A stretch of 63,162 nt of DNA, the filler included. It is 6 parts of 6 records of this genome, joined end to end, with 100 filler letters (N's around TTAATTAATTAA, not from the genome) between each part and the next. Parts side by side here need not be neighbours in the genome. Positions count along the whole stretch, not along the records: positions 22,072 to 45,704 come from SRR31156797_18687; positions 45,805 to 57,835 come from SRR31156797_18696; 4 more parts are not named here. The stretch is one strand, 5' to 3'. Under the pieces are notes generated by a model, which saw only the letters and a list, made by a program, of their open reading frames with translations, did not search any database and was not told where the DNA came from. Positions 45,225-55,387 of this stretch are shown piece after piece (the first letter of the stretch is position 1; every line of letters begins with the position of its first letter). The translations under genes and the position numbers were made by a program.

Positions 45225-45704
45225 ATGAGTGAATTTGAACTCCCAACAATTCAAGGAGCTCTTGCCTCGAAGCAGGATGCCCTCCGCCGTCACCTCTTTG
45301 ACCGCAACATCGTGTTGACCGGCCACAAGTACACCACCATTCAAATCTCTGAAGGAGACGTTGACATTTACGGTGATGTTCTTGATGGAGAGCTGGAGAT
45401 CGAACTGGAAAAGGTTGTCCCCATGACGATCAACTGGCCTGATGATATTCCCATCGATCAGTTCCGGATCTCTGGAGACAACTCTGAGGAGCGGTTGCAG
45501 ACCGAGAACACCAGTGTCTTTTTCTATCAAGTTCTCCCCCTGCTGGTATACATCCCCTTTACGCACAATGTGCATGTTGGAGACTACTTTATTCTTCCCA
45601 CGGAGGATGAGAACGGGAACCTTGCCTTCACCATCATCAAGATCTCTGAAATGGCCGGGAAGTTCTCAGGCGGTTCAATCACCTATCGCAAATACTTGGC
45701 TTCT
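45225..45704 (+). CDS. Phage hypothetical protein (possibly virion component), 3'-truncated, leaderless class III start
   Basis: GACTAT-TAAGGC-ATG; acidic, beta-rich sequence. Confidence 0.6.
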
Positions 45705-45804
45705 NNNNNNNNNNNNNNNNNNNNNNNNNNNNNNNNNNNNNNNNNNNNTTAATTAATTAANNNNNNNNNNNNNNNNNNNNNNNNNNNNNNNNNNNNNNNN
45801 NNNN
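45705..45804. other. Artificial contig spacer
   Basis: N-run with TTAATTAATTAA core. Confidence 0.98.
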
Positions 45805-46026
45805 ATACGACAATTATTTTTTGATTTATCAAGGTGAAAGATTTTATTATAGCCTTAGCTACGTTACAATTTTTCAACAACGAGAAGTCGAAAAAGAATA
45901 AGCTTATAAGGTGCATTTTGTGCATTTCTTGCTATAAGAAATGAGGGGGGAATATACACCTTCTCCTGACTCTGCTGTCTGAGTTAAAATATCTTCTGCT
46001 TCCGACTTCCAACTTCTTGCTTTTTT

Positions 46027-46034
46027 TATCTTTG
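46027..46034 (+). promoter_or_regulatory. Bacteroidota -7 promoter element
   Basis: TATCTTTG matches TAnnTTTG; another copy TATATTTG at 50338. Confidence 0.6.
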
Positions 46035-46054
46035 TAACCTAAATCAATTTTACA

Positions 46055-46321
46055 ATGCAATACTTGTTATTTATTAGTGGTGGAGAAATTGTTTTGGTGA
46101 TGCTTTTGGCTTTACTCTTTTTTGGCTCAAAAGCTATTCCGGATATTGCTAAAACTCTTGGGAAAGGGATGCGAGAGTTTAAAAAGGCTACTAACGAAAT
46201 AAAACGCGAAATAAACGAACACACATCGGATATAAAAAAAGATATTGACGACGTTTCAACTTCAGTAAGCAAAGAGACCAACGAAATAAAAAAAGGCATT
46301 AACGATCAGTTGAACGATTAA
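46055..46321 (+). CDS. tatA: Twin-arginine translocase TatA
   Basis: GEI-LV-L-ALLFFG-K-IP-IAK-LGKG-REFKKA. Confidence 0.9.
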   Translation: MQYLLFISGGEIVLVMLLALLFFGSKAIPDIAKTLGKGMREFKKATNEIKREINEHTSDIKKDIDDVSTSVSKETNEIKKGINDQLND

Positions 46322-46343
46322 CTTCATTCTTAATAAGAAATTA

Positions 46344-47399
46344 TTGATGATAGTACTATACATATTGGCATTGCTGGCCTGCTTTATTTTGCTGGCCCGT
46401 GTGGTTGATTTGTTTTTTATTTCTTCTCTGGATAAGATCTCCAAAGATTTACGTTTATCCAGCGACGCAGCCGGTGCAACACTAATGGCTGTTGGATCGA
46501 GCGCTCCCGAACTGTTTGTGGCTTTATTTGCGGTACTAAAACCAGGCAACCACCAGGTTATTGGAATTGGCAGCATAGTTGGAAGTGCAATCTTTAATTT
46601 GCTTGTAATTGTGGGAGCTTCAGCACTGGTGCGAAGAGCCGAACTTAATAAGATACCTGTAATACGTGATTTAATTTTCTATGCTGTTTCGGTGGCCTTA
46701 CTTGTTGCTTTTATTTGGGATGGCCGCCTGGAATTATGGGAGACCAGCGTTTTTCTTGGGGTATATTTGATTTACGTTTTTGCTGTTGTGAAATGGCGCA
46801 AGTGGTTTCCGTATAAAGACAACCAGGGAGAGGATGACGAAGAAGAACCGGAATGTAATCCGAAAGGATTTTTAGGATTGTTCGACAGAGTGTTATGTCT
46901 TATTTTTCCAAAACCAAAATATTACTATTGGATTTTTATGGTCTCAATTTTAATTATTGCAGCATTAAGTTGGGTTTTGGTAGAGCTTGCTGTGGTTATT
47001 TCTCACGAACTGCATATTCCGGAAGCTATAATTGCATTAACCGTATTGGCTATTGGTACTTCAGTACCCGATCTTTTTTCTTCACTTATTGTTGCTCGTC
47101 AGGGTAGGGGCGAAATGGCAGTGAGTAATGCAGTCGGATCAAATATTTTTGATATTCTGGTTGGTTTAGGACTTCCATTTATAATTGTAATGCTAATTTC
47201 TGGTGGTACAATATCGGCAGGAGGAAATTTATTTGGATCTACTTTAATCTTGTCGGCTTCAGTACTCTTGTTGATCGTCCTTTTACTCGTGCAACGATGG
47301 AAGGTGGGGAAATTTACCGGGGTAGTGCTTCTTCTGTCCTACGTCTTTTATGTAGCAAACGAAATACTAAAACTTTACGATATTAGTTTAATTTCTTAA
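46344..47399 (+). CDS. Calcium/sodium antiporter (CaCA family)
   Basis: GATLMAVGSSAPE and GTSVPD alpha repeats, GSNIFDI. Confidence 0.9.
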   Translation: MMIVLYILALLACFILLARVVDLFFISSLDKISKDLRLSSDAAGATLMAVGSSAPELFVALFAVLKPGNHQVIGIGSIVGSAIFNLLVIVGASALVRRAELNKIPVIRDLIFYAVSVALLVAFIWDGRLELWETSVFLGVYLIYVFAVVKWRKWFPYKDNQGEDDEEEPECNPKGFLGLFDRVLCLIFPKPKYYYWIFMVSILIIAALSWVLVELAVVISHELHIPEAIIALTVLAIGTSVPDLFSSLIVARQGRGEMAVSNAVGSNIFDILVGLGLPFIIVMLISGGTISAGGNLFGSTLILSASVLLLIVLLLVQRWKVGKFTGVVLLLSYVFYVANEILKLYDISLIS

Positions 47400-47408
47400 A
47401 CCAGAACA

Positions 47409-48059
47409 TTGATAAAAGCCGAGAACATAAAAAAGTCGTTTGGAAATCTTAAGGTTTTAAAAGGCATAAACCTGGAAATACCAAAGGGTAAACTTTATTC
47501 GATAGTAGGTGCCAGTGGTGCCGGAAAAACTACATTGTTGCAAATTCTTGGAACATTAAGTAAACCTGATTCGGGAGAGGTATTTTTTGAGGATACAAAC
47601 ATTTCGAAACTGAACGAAAAACAGTTGGCCGCTTTTCGTAATAAGAAAATTGGTTTTGTTTTTCAGTTTCATCACCTATTGCCCGAATTTACTGCTCTTG
47701 AAAACGTTTGTATTCCTGCATACATTGCAAAAACTCCAAAAGCAGAAACCGAAGCAAGAGCCAAAGAGTTGATTGATTACTTAGGATTGGCTGATAGAAT
47801 GTCACACAAACCCTCTGAGCTTTCAGGTGGCGAAAAGCAACGAATAGCGATGGCAAGGGCATTGGTAAATAATCCATCGGTAGTTATGGCCGACGAACCT
47901 TCAGGTAATCTCGACTCAGCTAACCGTGACGAACTTCATGAACTGCTTTTTAAACTTCGTGATGAGTTAGGGCAAACTTTTATTATTGTTACCCACGATG
48001 ATCATTTTGCTGATCGTTCAGATCAAATCATTCATATAAAAGATGGTGTTATCGAATAG
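47409..48059 (+). CDS. lolD: LolD-like ABC ATPase
   Basis: [45 protein letters not shown]. Confidence 0.8.
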   Translation: MIKAENIKKSFGNLKVLKGINLEIPKGKLYSIVGASGAGKTTLLQILGTLSKPDSGEVFFEDTNISKLNEKQLAAFRNKKIGFVFQFHHLLPEFTALENVCIPAYIAKTPKAETEARAKELIDYLGLADRMSHKPSELSGGEKQRIAMARALVNNPSVVMADEPSGNLDSANRDELHELLFKLRDELGQTFIIVTHDDHFADRSDQIIHIKDGVIE

Positions 48060-48831
48060 TTCGGTTTTGGAAGAAGAGAACCTTAGAGATTTTCTGGAAG
48101 TAAAGGTAAAGGAATACAACCGCCCCGAATTTGTTGAAACAGATCCCATTCAAGTACCCAAACAGTTTGCAAAGAAAGAAAATATTGAAATAGCAGGTTT
48201 TTTGGCTGCCACCATTGCCTGGGGAAACCGGGCGGCCATAATAAATAATGCCATACGGTTAATGGTTCTGCTCGATAATCAACCTAGCGATTTTGTTCTA
48301 AATGCTTCAGAAGAAGAATTGCAACGTTTAAAAACATTTGTGCATCGTACTTTTAATGGCGACGATTGTATCTATTTTATTCGTTCACTTCGCAATATTT
48401 ATCAAAACCATGGAGGATTACAATTGGTTTTTGAGGAAGGTTACCGGAAAGACGATACAGTAAAATCTGCATTAAAACATTTTTATTCAACGTTTTTTGA
48501 ATTGGAAGGAGAACGAACCCGTAAGCATATATCAAATGTTGGAAAAGGAGCTTCTGCCAAACGGTTAAACATGTTTCTGAGGTGGATGTGCCGAAAAAAT
48601 GAGTGTGGAGTTGACTTTGGAATTTGGCATGGAATACCAGCATCAAAACTTATGCTTCCGCTTGATGTTCATACTGGCAGTGTTGGTCGTAAACTAGGAT
48701 TGCTTAAACGAAAATCGAACGATTGGAAGGCGGTTGAAGAAATAACGACTGCTTTGCGGGGATTCGATTCAAATGATCCTGTAAAGTACGATTTTGCACT
48801 TTTTGGACTGGGGGTATTTGAAAAATTTTAA
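48043..48831 (+). CDS. TIGR02757 family protein
   Basis: [31 protein letters not shown]. Confidence 0.85.
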   Translation: MVLSNSSVLEEENLRDFLEVKVKEYNRPEFVETDPIQVPKQFAKKENIEIAGFLAATIAWGNRAAIINNAIRLMVLLDNQPSDFVLNASEEELQRLKTFVHRTFNGDDCIYFIRSLRNIYQNHGGLQLVFEEGYRKDDTVKSALKHFYSTFFELEGERTRKHISNVGKGASAKRLNMFLRWMCRKNECGVDFGIWHGIPASKLMLPLDVHTGSVGRKLGLLKRKSNDWKAVEEITTALRGFDSNDPVKYDFALFGLGVFEKF

Positions 48832-48863
48832 TCTTCGTGTTGTCATATTCTGCATGAACCATT

Positions 48864-49574
48864 ATGGCAAAAAATAACTATTTTAAATTCAAACAGTTTA
48901 CAGTTTTCCAAAATAAAGCTGCCATGAAAGTTGGTACAGATGGAATACTGCTTGGTGCATGGACTGATGTATCGGGTGTAAAAACAATTTTGGATGTTGG
49001 AACTGGCACTGGCCTTATTGCACTCATGTTGGCACAGAGGTCGGTTGCAAAAATAACAGCTATCGAAATCGAAGAAGATGCGGCAAGAGAAGCAGAGTTT
49101 AACATTGCTCAATCTTCATGGAAAGACAGAATTATGGTTAGTCATGCCACCTTTCAGCAAATATTAAAAGGAACACATAAGTTTGATCTTGTGGTCTCTA
49201 ATCCTCCTTATTTTCAGCATTCAATAAAGTCTGTAAACAAAAAACGCTCATTAGCCCGGCATAACGATAGTTTACCTTTTTCAATACTTATAAAAGGATG
49301 TGCAGACTTACTGGAAGAAAGTGGCAGGTGCACTTTTATTGTACCTGTTGAAGGAGCTGCTGAAATGATGTTTTTGGCAGAAGCAAATGGAATTCAAATA
49401 CTAAGAAAAACTGATGTAAAACCAACAAAATTGAAAAGTGTAAATCGGGTTTTACTGGAGTTTGGTAAAAAAGAAGCAGTCGTGGTAAATGACTGCTTAA
49501 CTATTTATAATAATGATGCTTTATATACTAAAGAGTTCAAAAATCTAACAAAAGATTTTTACCTGAATTTTTAA
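48864..49574 (+). CDS. tRNA1(Val) A37 N6-methyltransferase (TrmN6/YfiC)
   Basis: FKFKQF, AMKVGTDG-LLGAW, LDVGTGTG, VSNPPYF, ARH. Confidence 0.88.
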   Translation: MAKNNYFKFKQFTVFQNKAAMKVGTDGILLGAWTDVSGVKTILDVGTGTGLIALMLAQRSVAKITAIEIEEDAAREAEFNIAQSSWKDRIMVSHATFQQILKGTHKFDLVVSNPPYFQHSIKSVNKKRSLARHNDSLPFSILIKGCADLLEESGRCTFIVPVEGAAEMMFLAEANGIQILRKTDVKPTKLKSVNRVLLEFGKKEAVVVNDCLTIYNNDALYTKEFKNLTKDFYLNF

Positions 49575-50074
49575 ACCAAAAATAGAAATGGATTAAAAAT
49601 CTTATTCATTCTTTTCGAAAAATTTTGAATGGCTTCATGATCTATCTTTGAAGTGCTGTGCTCAACTTTTGCAACCTTTTTAATTATCATTTTCTGAAAA
49701 AAATTCATTTTGGCAAAGTTGAATTCACCGCCAAAATAAGCAGTTGCTTTAGCCGACAAATGCAACTCTTTTGGAAAAGCATCTTGCAATTGAATTTCGG
49801 CCTTTTCGCCTTCTTCCATGCAACATACAAAAAGTCCCAATTCCTTATTTTTTAGTAAATCGAGATTATTAAAACAAAAGTCTTTCACGCGTTTTTGTAT
49901 TTGTCCGGCGTGAATAGATCCTCCAATAATAATCCGTTCAAAATCAGAAATTTCTGGCTTTGCTTGTTTTTTAAGGTTGACAAGTACAACCTGGCCGCCT
50001 AAAAAAGCTTTTAACTCATGTGCAGTTTTCTCGGTACATCCATGGGTTGTACAATAGGCAATTAGTGTTTTCAT
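49571..50074 (-). CDS. Flavodoxin-domain protein (HemG-like)
   Basis: IAY-T-HG-TEK-A, IIIGGSIHAG. Confidence 0.8.
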   Translation of the reverse strand: MKTLIAYCTTHGCTEKTAHELKAFLGGQVVLVNLKKQAKPEISDFERIIIGGSIHAGQIQKRVKDFCFNNLDLLKNKELGLFVCCMEEGEKAEIQLQDAFPKELHLSAKATAYFGGEFNFAKMNFFQKMIIKKVAKVEHSTSKIDHEAIQNFSKRMNKIFNPFLFLV

Positions 50075-50368
50075 TTTGTTTTCCTTTTGGCTTCAGATTT
50101 AGGTAGAAAGTTGAAACGAGCACCATCAAATTTTCTTAAGTAGATAGAGATCCTAATTCGTACGAGTTTCAAAAGTCACCTTTTTAATTTTATCATATAA
50201 ATGAACGAAATCTAACTTCGAAAATATCTATATAAAATTAGAGCATTCAATCAAACATTCGTGTTAAAAATCGGTTAATTCTCTAAAACCATCGGTGAAA
50301 ATAAAATACCAATAAGTATTTTAATAAAAGAGTAATTTATATTTGCACAGAAAATAAAAAGATACACT

Positions 50369-51049
50369 ATGACATTTGACATGAAACCAGAAGTTCAACT
50401 TGATACCAATTATTATACGGTGCAAGGTATTAGAAATTTAACAGAGCATACATTTGTATTGTCTTTACCAAAAAGTCGGTTTAAATTTGCGGCCGGACAG
50501 CATGTTTCGCTTTCAATTTCCGGAGATTACCAAAGTAGGGAATATTCAATTTATAGTGCTGAAGAGGGCGAAAATCTTGAAGTGTTGGTTAAAGAAGTTG
50601 AAGGTGGATATTTTTCTCCAAAGTTAAAACACTTAAAAGTTGGCGACATGGTTGAGGTGCATGGTCCCTTTGGAAAGTTTGGACTCGACGAGAAGAAAAA
50701 AGAAACGCACAAACATGTTTTTATTGCCAGCGGTACCGGAATTGCTCCATTTCATAGCATTATAAAAAGTGCACCAAAACTCGATTATCACCTGATACAT
50801 GGGGTTAGATCCCTGGAAGAAGGGTATGAGCAGGAAGCCTATGCCCCAGAAAAGTATACACTTTGTACTTCGCGCGATAAAAATGGTGATTTTAACGGGC
50901 GGGTAACAGATTACCTAAAAAAGGCAAAATTTGATAAGAACACTTGTTTTTACCTGTGTGGGAACAGTGATATGATATTTGATTCGATGGAAATATTAAG
51001 CGATAAAGGTTTTGGTCGCGAAAACATTACAGTAGAGGTTTACTTTTAG
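50369..51049 (+). CDS. FAD/NAD(P)-binding oxidoreductase (FNR-like)
   Basis: REYSI, GP-G-F, ASGTGIAPF, YLCG, C-terminal EVYF. Confidence 0.87.
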   Translation: MTFDMKPEVQLDTNYYTVQGIRNLTEHTFVLSLPKSRFKFAAGQHVSLSISGDYQSREYSIYSAEEGENLEVLVKEVEGGYFSPKLKHLKVGDMVEVHGPFGKFGLDEKKKETHKHVFIASGTGIAPFHSIIKSAPKLDYHLIHGVRSLEEGYEQEAYAPEKYTLCTSRDKNGDFNGRVTDYLKKAKFDKNTCFYLCGNSDMIFDSMEILSDKGFGRENITVEVYF

Positions 51050-51086
51050 ATATTTGTAAGTTGTAATTTTGTAATCAAGAGGGAAT

Positions 51087-51118
51087 AAGGGGCCATCCTG
51101 GATATGGGATGGCCTTTT
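51087..51118. terminator. Bidirectional terminator between convergent genes
   Basis: GGCCATCC...GGATGGCC stem followed by TTTT. Confidence 0.65.
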
Positions 51119-51126
51119 GCATTTAA

Positions 51127-51789
51127 TTATTTTGAATCAATTTTTTCTCCAAATGCCAGGTCTCCTGCATCACCCAGACCGGGAACAATATAAGATTTAG
51201 GTGTCATTTCCGGGTCAACAGCTCCCAGCCAAAGCGTAACATTGTTTGCTTTAACGTGTTTTTTTACATACTGTACTCCTTCTTCACTGGCAATAATGGC
51301 TACTAAATGAACATGGGCTGGGTTTCCTTTGCTGAACAGTGCTTTGTATCCTATCTCCATCGATTTGCCCGAAGCCAACATCGGGTCTGAAAGTATAACA
51401 ACTTTATTGTCGAGCGATGGAGAAGCCATGTACTCAAACTCGATCTCAAATTTCCCATCATCGGTATATTTTCTAAAAGCCGAAATGAAACAGTTTTCCG
51501 CACGATCGAAAATGCGCAACAGTCCATTGTGCATTGCAAGTCCGGCGCGAAGTATTGTCGCTAAAACCGGTTGTTTGCTAAGTTTTGGAACTTCGGCAAT
51601 ACCTAGCGGAGTTTGAACATCTTTTATCGCATACTGCATTTCTTTGCTGATTTCATAAGCAAAAAGTTCGCCTATGCGATTTAGGTTATCCCGAAATCGG
51701 AGTGGATCGGTTTGAATTGAAATGTCACGGATTTCTGCCAGATATTGATCTAAAATTGAGTGGTTGTTTCCTAATATTTTAACTTTCAT
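51127..51789 (-). CDS. upp: Uracil phosphoribosyltransferase
   Basis: ILRAGL, DPMLASG, YIVPGLGDAGD. Confidence 0.93.
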   Translation of the reverse strand: MKVKILGNNHSILDQYLAEIRDISIQTDPLRFRDNLNRIGELFAYEISKEMQYAIKDVQTPLGIAEVPKLSKQPVLATILRAGLAMHNGLLRIFDRAENCFISAFRKYTDDGKFEIEFEYMASPSLDNKVVILSDPMLASGKSMEIGYKALFSKGNPAHVHLVAIIASEEGVQYVKKHVKANNVTLWLGAVDPEMTPKSYIVPGLGDAGDLAFGEKIDSK

Positions 51790-51798
51790 ATTAATGGT

Positions 51799-52881
51799 TT
51801 ATGTAAAAATTATGTCACCCTCTCCATCCTGGAAGATTGGATTTTTATTTAAGGGCTCCAATAGGTTTTTGGTTACACCAATTGTCTTGCTAAATTTCTT
51901 TTTATAAATAAAAATATTATGCTTTTTAAAGATTGAGTTTATGTCGGTATTGAAGGTTAATATTGAATGGTGCTTATTAGATAATGTATACCAGGCAATA
52001 AAATATCCAAGTTCATTTTTAAAAGAATCTTCGTAATACAGAAACGGTAATCTCACTAAATTATCTCGTAACGAAATGGCAACAAAAGCTCTGATTTTTC
52101 CATTGTCTAATAATTTAAAATATTTCAATTCGTATTTTTTCACCTGATGTGAAAACGGGTATTCCACAGGTATTTCTACTGGCTTATCTGTAATCCATGG
52201 ATAATTCTTTATCCAATTAAAAAAGGAAGTGGATTTTGTAATGAACTCTTTTTTTGAGTGTTTATCAATAAAAGTTTTGGTTTCCTTGTCAATTATCGAT
52301 ATTTCCTCAAATTGGGATAGTCTCTTATCAAGTTTACGTTTTAGAAGAGGAGTCCGAAGAGATAAAATGGTATTTAATATTGTATCTAAAAAAAGAAAAA
52401 TGAATTTGGCTCGATGTAATGTTTTGTATTTTTTCAGAATTAAATCAGATAAATAAAAACGGAGTATGCCCCTGGTTCCATCTTGTTGTTTATAAAAGTG
52501 AAAATAACCTGTTTGATCCAGAATTCTCTTTGTATGTTCCGGACAGTCGGTTAAATACATTTTTGAGCTACATTTTTTTAAAGCCTGAAAAAATAAAGGA
52601 AGTGCTATACCCTTTCCGTATTTGGGGTGAACCCACCAGCATGAGTTCGAATAAATATGTAGTTTGGGATTATTTGTATTTCGTGGAAGCAGCCCGATAA
52701 AACCCAACAATTTATCCTGGTTATGCGCAATTATTAAAGCAATATCGTCGGGTAATGCTTCAGGATTATTATGTTGAGAAACGGCCCGTAAATAAGTTAT
52801 TGGTTTTGGATTAAGCTTTTTATATGTTTCGCTTTCTATAAATCCTGGCAGGTCCTTTATTTTTATCTCGGAGATAATCAT
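51799..52881 (-). CDS. GNAT-fold hypothetical protein
   Basis: WWVHP-YGKGIA acyl-CoA-binding-like motif, C-terminal DGEGD-IF. Confidence 0.6.
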   Translation of the reverse strand: MIISEIKIKDLPGFIESETYKKLNPKPITYLRAVSQHNNPEALPDDIALIIAHNQDKLLGFIGLLPRNTNNPKLHIYSNSCWWVHPKYGKGIALPLFFQALKKCSSKMYLTDCPEHTKRILDQTGYFHFYKQQDGTRGILRFYLSDLILKKYKTLHRAKFIFLFLDTILNTILSLRTPLLKRKLDKRLSQFEEISIIDKETKTFIDKHSKKEFITKSTSFFNWIKNYPWITDKPVEIPVEYPFSHQVKKYELKYFKLLDNGKIRAFVAISLRDNLVRLPFLYYEDSFKNELGYFIAWYTLSNKHHSILTFNTDINSIFKKHNIFIYKKKFSKTIGVTKNLLEPLNKNPIFQDGEGDIIFT

Positions 52882-53120
52882 TGGGAGATTTTTGATTGAA
52901 TGTAATTGATAATATCACCCACATTTTTTAACTCGATCATATCAAATAAGTCAAACTGTATTTTAAACTCGTCTTCAATTCTTTTTATTAATATAATGTG
53001 GTTTAACGAGTCCCAGGTTGCAATATCGTTGGCAGTAGTTGAGTCCGATATTTCGACGTTTTCTTTAAAAATATCTTTAAAAATTGAGTTTAATATTGTT
53101 TTGATCCGATCTTTCTGCAT
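52878..53120 (-). CDS. Acyl/aminoacyl carrier protein
   Basis: 80 aa, acidic, WDSL-H phosphopantetheine Ser motif. Confidence 0.88.
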   Translation of the reverse strand: MQKDRIKTILNSIFKDIFKENVEISDSTTANDIATWDSLNHIILIKRIEDEFKIQFDLFDMIELKNVGDIINYIQSKISQ

Positions 53121-53121
53121 G

Positions 53122-53871
53122 TTACTCGATGTTAAAAACGATGAAATTGTTGTGGTGAGAAAATCCTATTTTTTCGTAAAATTTACTTGCATTATTATTT
53201 GCATGTAAAACTACTTCTTTTATCCCAAATGAGAATAGCTTGGATATGACATGTTTTAGCAAGTTTGATGCATAACCCTTTTTTTGATATTCTTTTTTTG
53301 TAGCAATAAAATAAAGGCCGGCTGTTTTTTTATGAATAAATACCAAAGAGCATGAAACTAGTTGCGCGTTTTCTTTGAATCCAAATATTTTAAGCTGATT
53401 ATCTAGGTTTTCAGAAATAATAGAATGGGGATTAAGACCTAGATCTGAAGCCATCAGTTCTTTATTAACAAGTTCTGAAAATTCTTTTATCTGCTCTTTT
53501 GTTTTTAATTCAATAATCTTTGAAAGATGTTCAGTTTTTGAAGAATTAAATTGTTCTTCAATCAGGCTCATTCCTCTTAGTATTTTGATTGGTAGTATCT
53601 TGTTCGCTTGCAAAAGTTGTAACTGATCTCGTGAGATATAAGTGTCGGGTAAAACTAAAAAACGAGGATATTTTTTTTCCCTTATTAATGATCCCAGATA
53701 TGGTATTAATTTTTCGGGTTTAATTGTATAATCTATATTAAAAATAAATTGGGGCCAATAGCCATTGTTCTCCGTTAGAACATTAAAACCTTGTTCTTTA
53801 ATCTTTTTTATATTGGATTTCTTCCCAAGCGTCTTGTAAAAATTCTGAAGATTCTGGTCAATGCTGTCCAT
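53122..53871 (-). CDS. GNAT N-acyltransferase
   Basis: IAT--EYQKKGYAS, FYEKIGF. Confidence 0.85.
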   Translation of the reverse strand: MDSIDQNLQNFYKTLGKKSNIKKIKEQGFNVLTENNGYWPQFIFNIDYTIKPEKLIPYLGSLIREKKYPRFLVLPDTYISRDQLQLLQANKILPIKILRGMSLIEEQFNSSKTEHLSKIIELKTKEQIKEFSELVNKELMASDLGLNPHSIISENLDNQLKIFGFKENAQLVSCSLVFIHKKTAGLYFIATKKEYQKKGYASNLLKHVISKLFSFGIKEVVLHANNNASKFYEKIGFSHHNNFIVFNIE

Positions 53872-55360
53872 TAATTAGAAAGGTGTTTTTTATACTTACT
53901 TTATCAATTTTACTCCCGGATGTATAAGGAAATTTTCCCGTGGAGAATATTTTATCCGGTACCATATAACCAGGTAACTCCTGTTTAAGCTCAGACAATA
54001 ATTTATCTGAGTCACCATTAAATTCTTCAATAAACAGAAATAACCTCGTTATGCCTTTTATTTTGTCGTGTGGTACAATGCAGAAATTATAACCAGGGAT
54101 TAGTTTTGAAACTGATCTTTCAACTTCATTTAAGTTCGTTCGGTAACCATCAATTTTTATTTCGTCATCACAACGATAGTGAAAATAATAATAACCATCC
54201 GTATCTTTTGAGACTATGTCTCCGGTGATGTATAATTTTTTTTCTCCAGGATTATCTTTGCCGGAGATAAAAGACAAGTTGTCGGCCTGTTGCAAGTATC
54301 CTTTCATTGTTTGAGCTCCGCTAATACACAATATCCCTTTGTCAGGAAATTGTTTTGATTTGGAATGTTCATCTACCAAGGTACATTCTACTTCCGGGAA
54401 AGGTTTCCCAATAGATATTATACCTTCCCGGACTCGGGCATTTTTTACATTCTCAAATCGATAAGCAGTTGCACTAATTGTTGTTTCGGTGGGGCCATAA
54501 AGGTTTGAAAAATGGGCTGTTTTAAATACATCTTTCCATTTTAAAAGTAACTCATGTTGTAATGCTTCTCCCCCAAAAATTACCTGTTTGATATGATCCA
54601 GGTTTAAACTCGAAATGTAAGGAGTTAGATAGGTTAAAACTGATGGGGTTAATTTTACCCAGGTAATATTTACATCAGTCATTAGTTTCGCTATCGATAA
54701 AAATTTTAATGAATCGCTGGGGATGGTATATACTGTTGATCCAATTAGAAGTGGTAGTAAAAAACCGGTTAACGAAGCATCCGAGCTTAAATCATATGTT
54801 TGAAGAAAGTTATCTTCAGGTTTTAAATCGGGAAAAATTTGACTAAAACCGTTACAATAAGCTAAAACATTGTTAAAACTTATCGGTACAAATTTTGGTT
54901 CACCTGTGCTACCCGAGGTAGATAAAATATACATCGTTTCATTTGGTGTAACAGGTGTCATATTGCAAGGTGAGTCATCAAAAATAGTATTGTTGTTTAA
55001 TACAATAATATTTGATGTATCAATAATATTGTCTGTAATGTCAGCTGAAGAAATTACCACTTTTATCCCGGTTTTTTCTATTATCAGGTTATTTCTGGAT
55101 TTTGGTAATTTGGGATTTATTGGTACAAAATGGTTCCCTGTGTACCAGGTTGCAAAGATAGCGGCATAAGTCTCAATGCAGTCATTGCAAATAATACCTA
55201 TGGGATTACCGGTACTTTTAAGCTTTTCCTGAATAAGTTTTTGTGAACCGGAAATATACTCTAATAGTTGTTTGTAGCTAAAATGTTTGTTTTTAATACA
55301 GAAAGCTGTTTTCTCTGAGTTTAATTTGAATGAATTATAAAAACGGGTTACGATATCCAT
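53858..55360 (-). CDS. Stand-alone adenylation-domain enzyme (DltA-like)
   Basis: TSGSTGEPK (A3), NLYGPTE (A5), Y-TGD (A7), R-DD-IK--GYR (A8), LPGYMVP (A9), KID (A10). Confidence 0.87.
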   Translation of the reverse strand: MDIVTRFYNSFKLNSEKTAFCIKNKHFSYKQLLEYISGSQKLIQEKLKSTGNPIGIICNDCIETYAAIFATWYTGNHFVPINPKLPKSRNNLIIEKTGIKVVISSADITDNIIDTSNIIVLNNNTIFDDSPCNMTPVTPNETMYILSTSGSTGEPKFVPISFNNVLAYCNGFSQIFPDLKPEDNFLQTYDLSSDASLTGFLLPLLIGSTVYTIPSDSLKFLSIAKLMTDVNITWVKLTPSVLTYLTPYISSLNLDHIKQVIFGGEALQHELLLKWKDVFKTAHFSNLYGPTETTISATAYRFENVKNARVREGIISIGKPFPEVECTLVDEHSKSKQFPDKGILCISGAQTMKGYLQQADNLSFISGKDNPGEKKLYITGDIVSKDTDGYYYFHYRCDDEIKIDGYRTNLNEVERSVSKLIPGYNFCIVPHDKIKGITRLFLFIEEFNGDSDKLLSELKQELPGYMVPDKIFSTGKFPYTSGSKIDKVSIKNTFLINGQH

Positions 55361-55387
55361 ATTTATTACTTGTTATCAAAAAAACAT

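Larger units (their letters stand above)
22072..45704. mobile_element. Fragment of a probable large dsDNA phage genome
   Basis: More than 40 tightly packed, mostly short ORFs with overlapping start/stop codons, no cellular housekeeping genes; Rnl2, gp32-like SSB, AP2, ParB-like, MmcB-like genes; recurrent promoter motifs. Confidence 0.85.

Noticed and set aside
13276-45704. Phage region as a provirus of the neighbouring methanogen
   Set aside because: Separated by a spacer, and the phage has bacterial sigma70-type promoters
22072-45704. Alternative genetic code or tRNA genes in the phage
   Set aside because: Standard-code ORFs tile densely and all three stop codons end genes; no cloverleaf seen by eye (tRNAscan not run)
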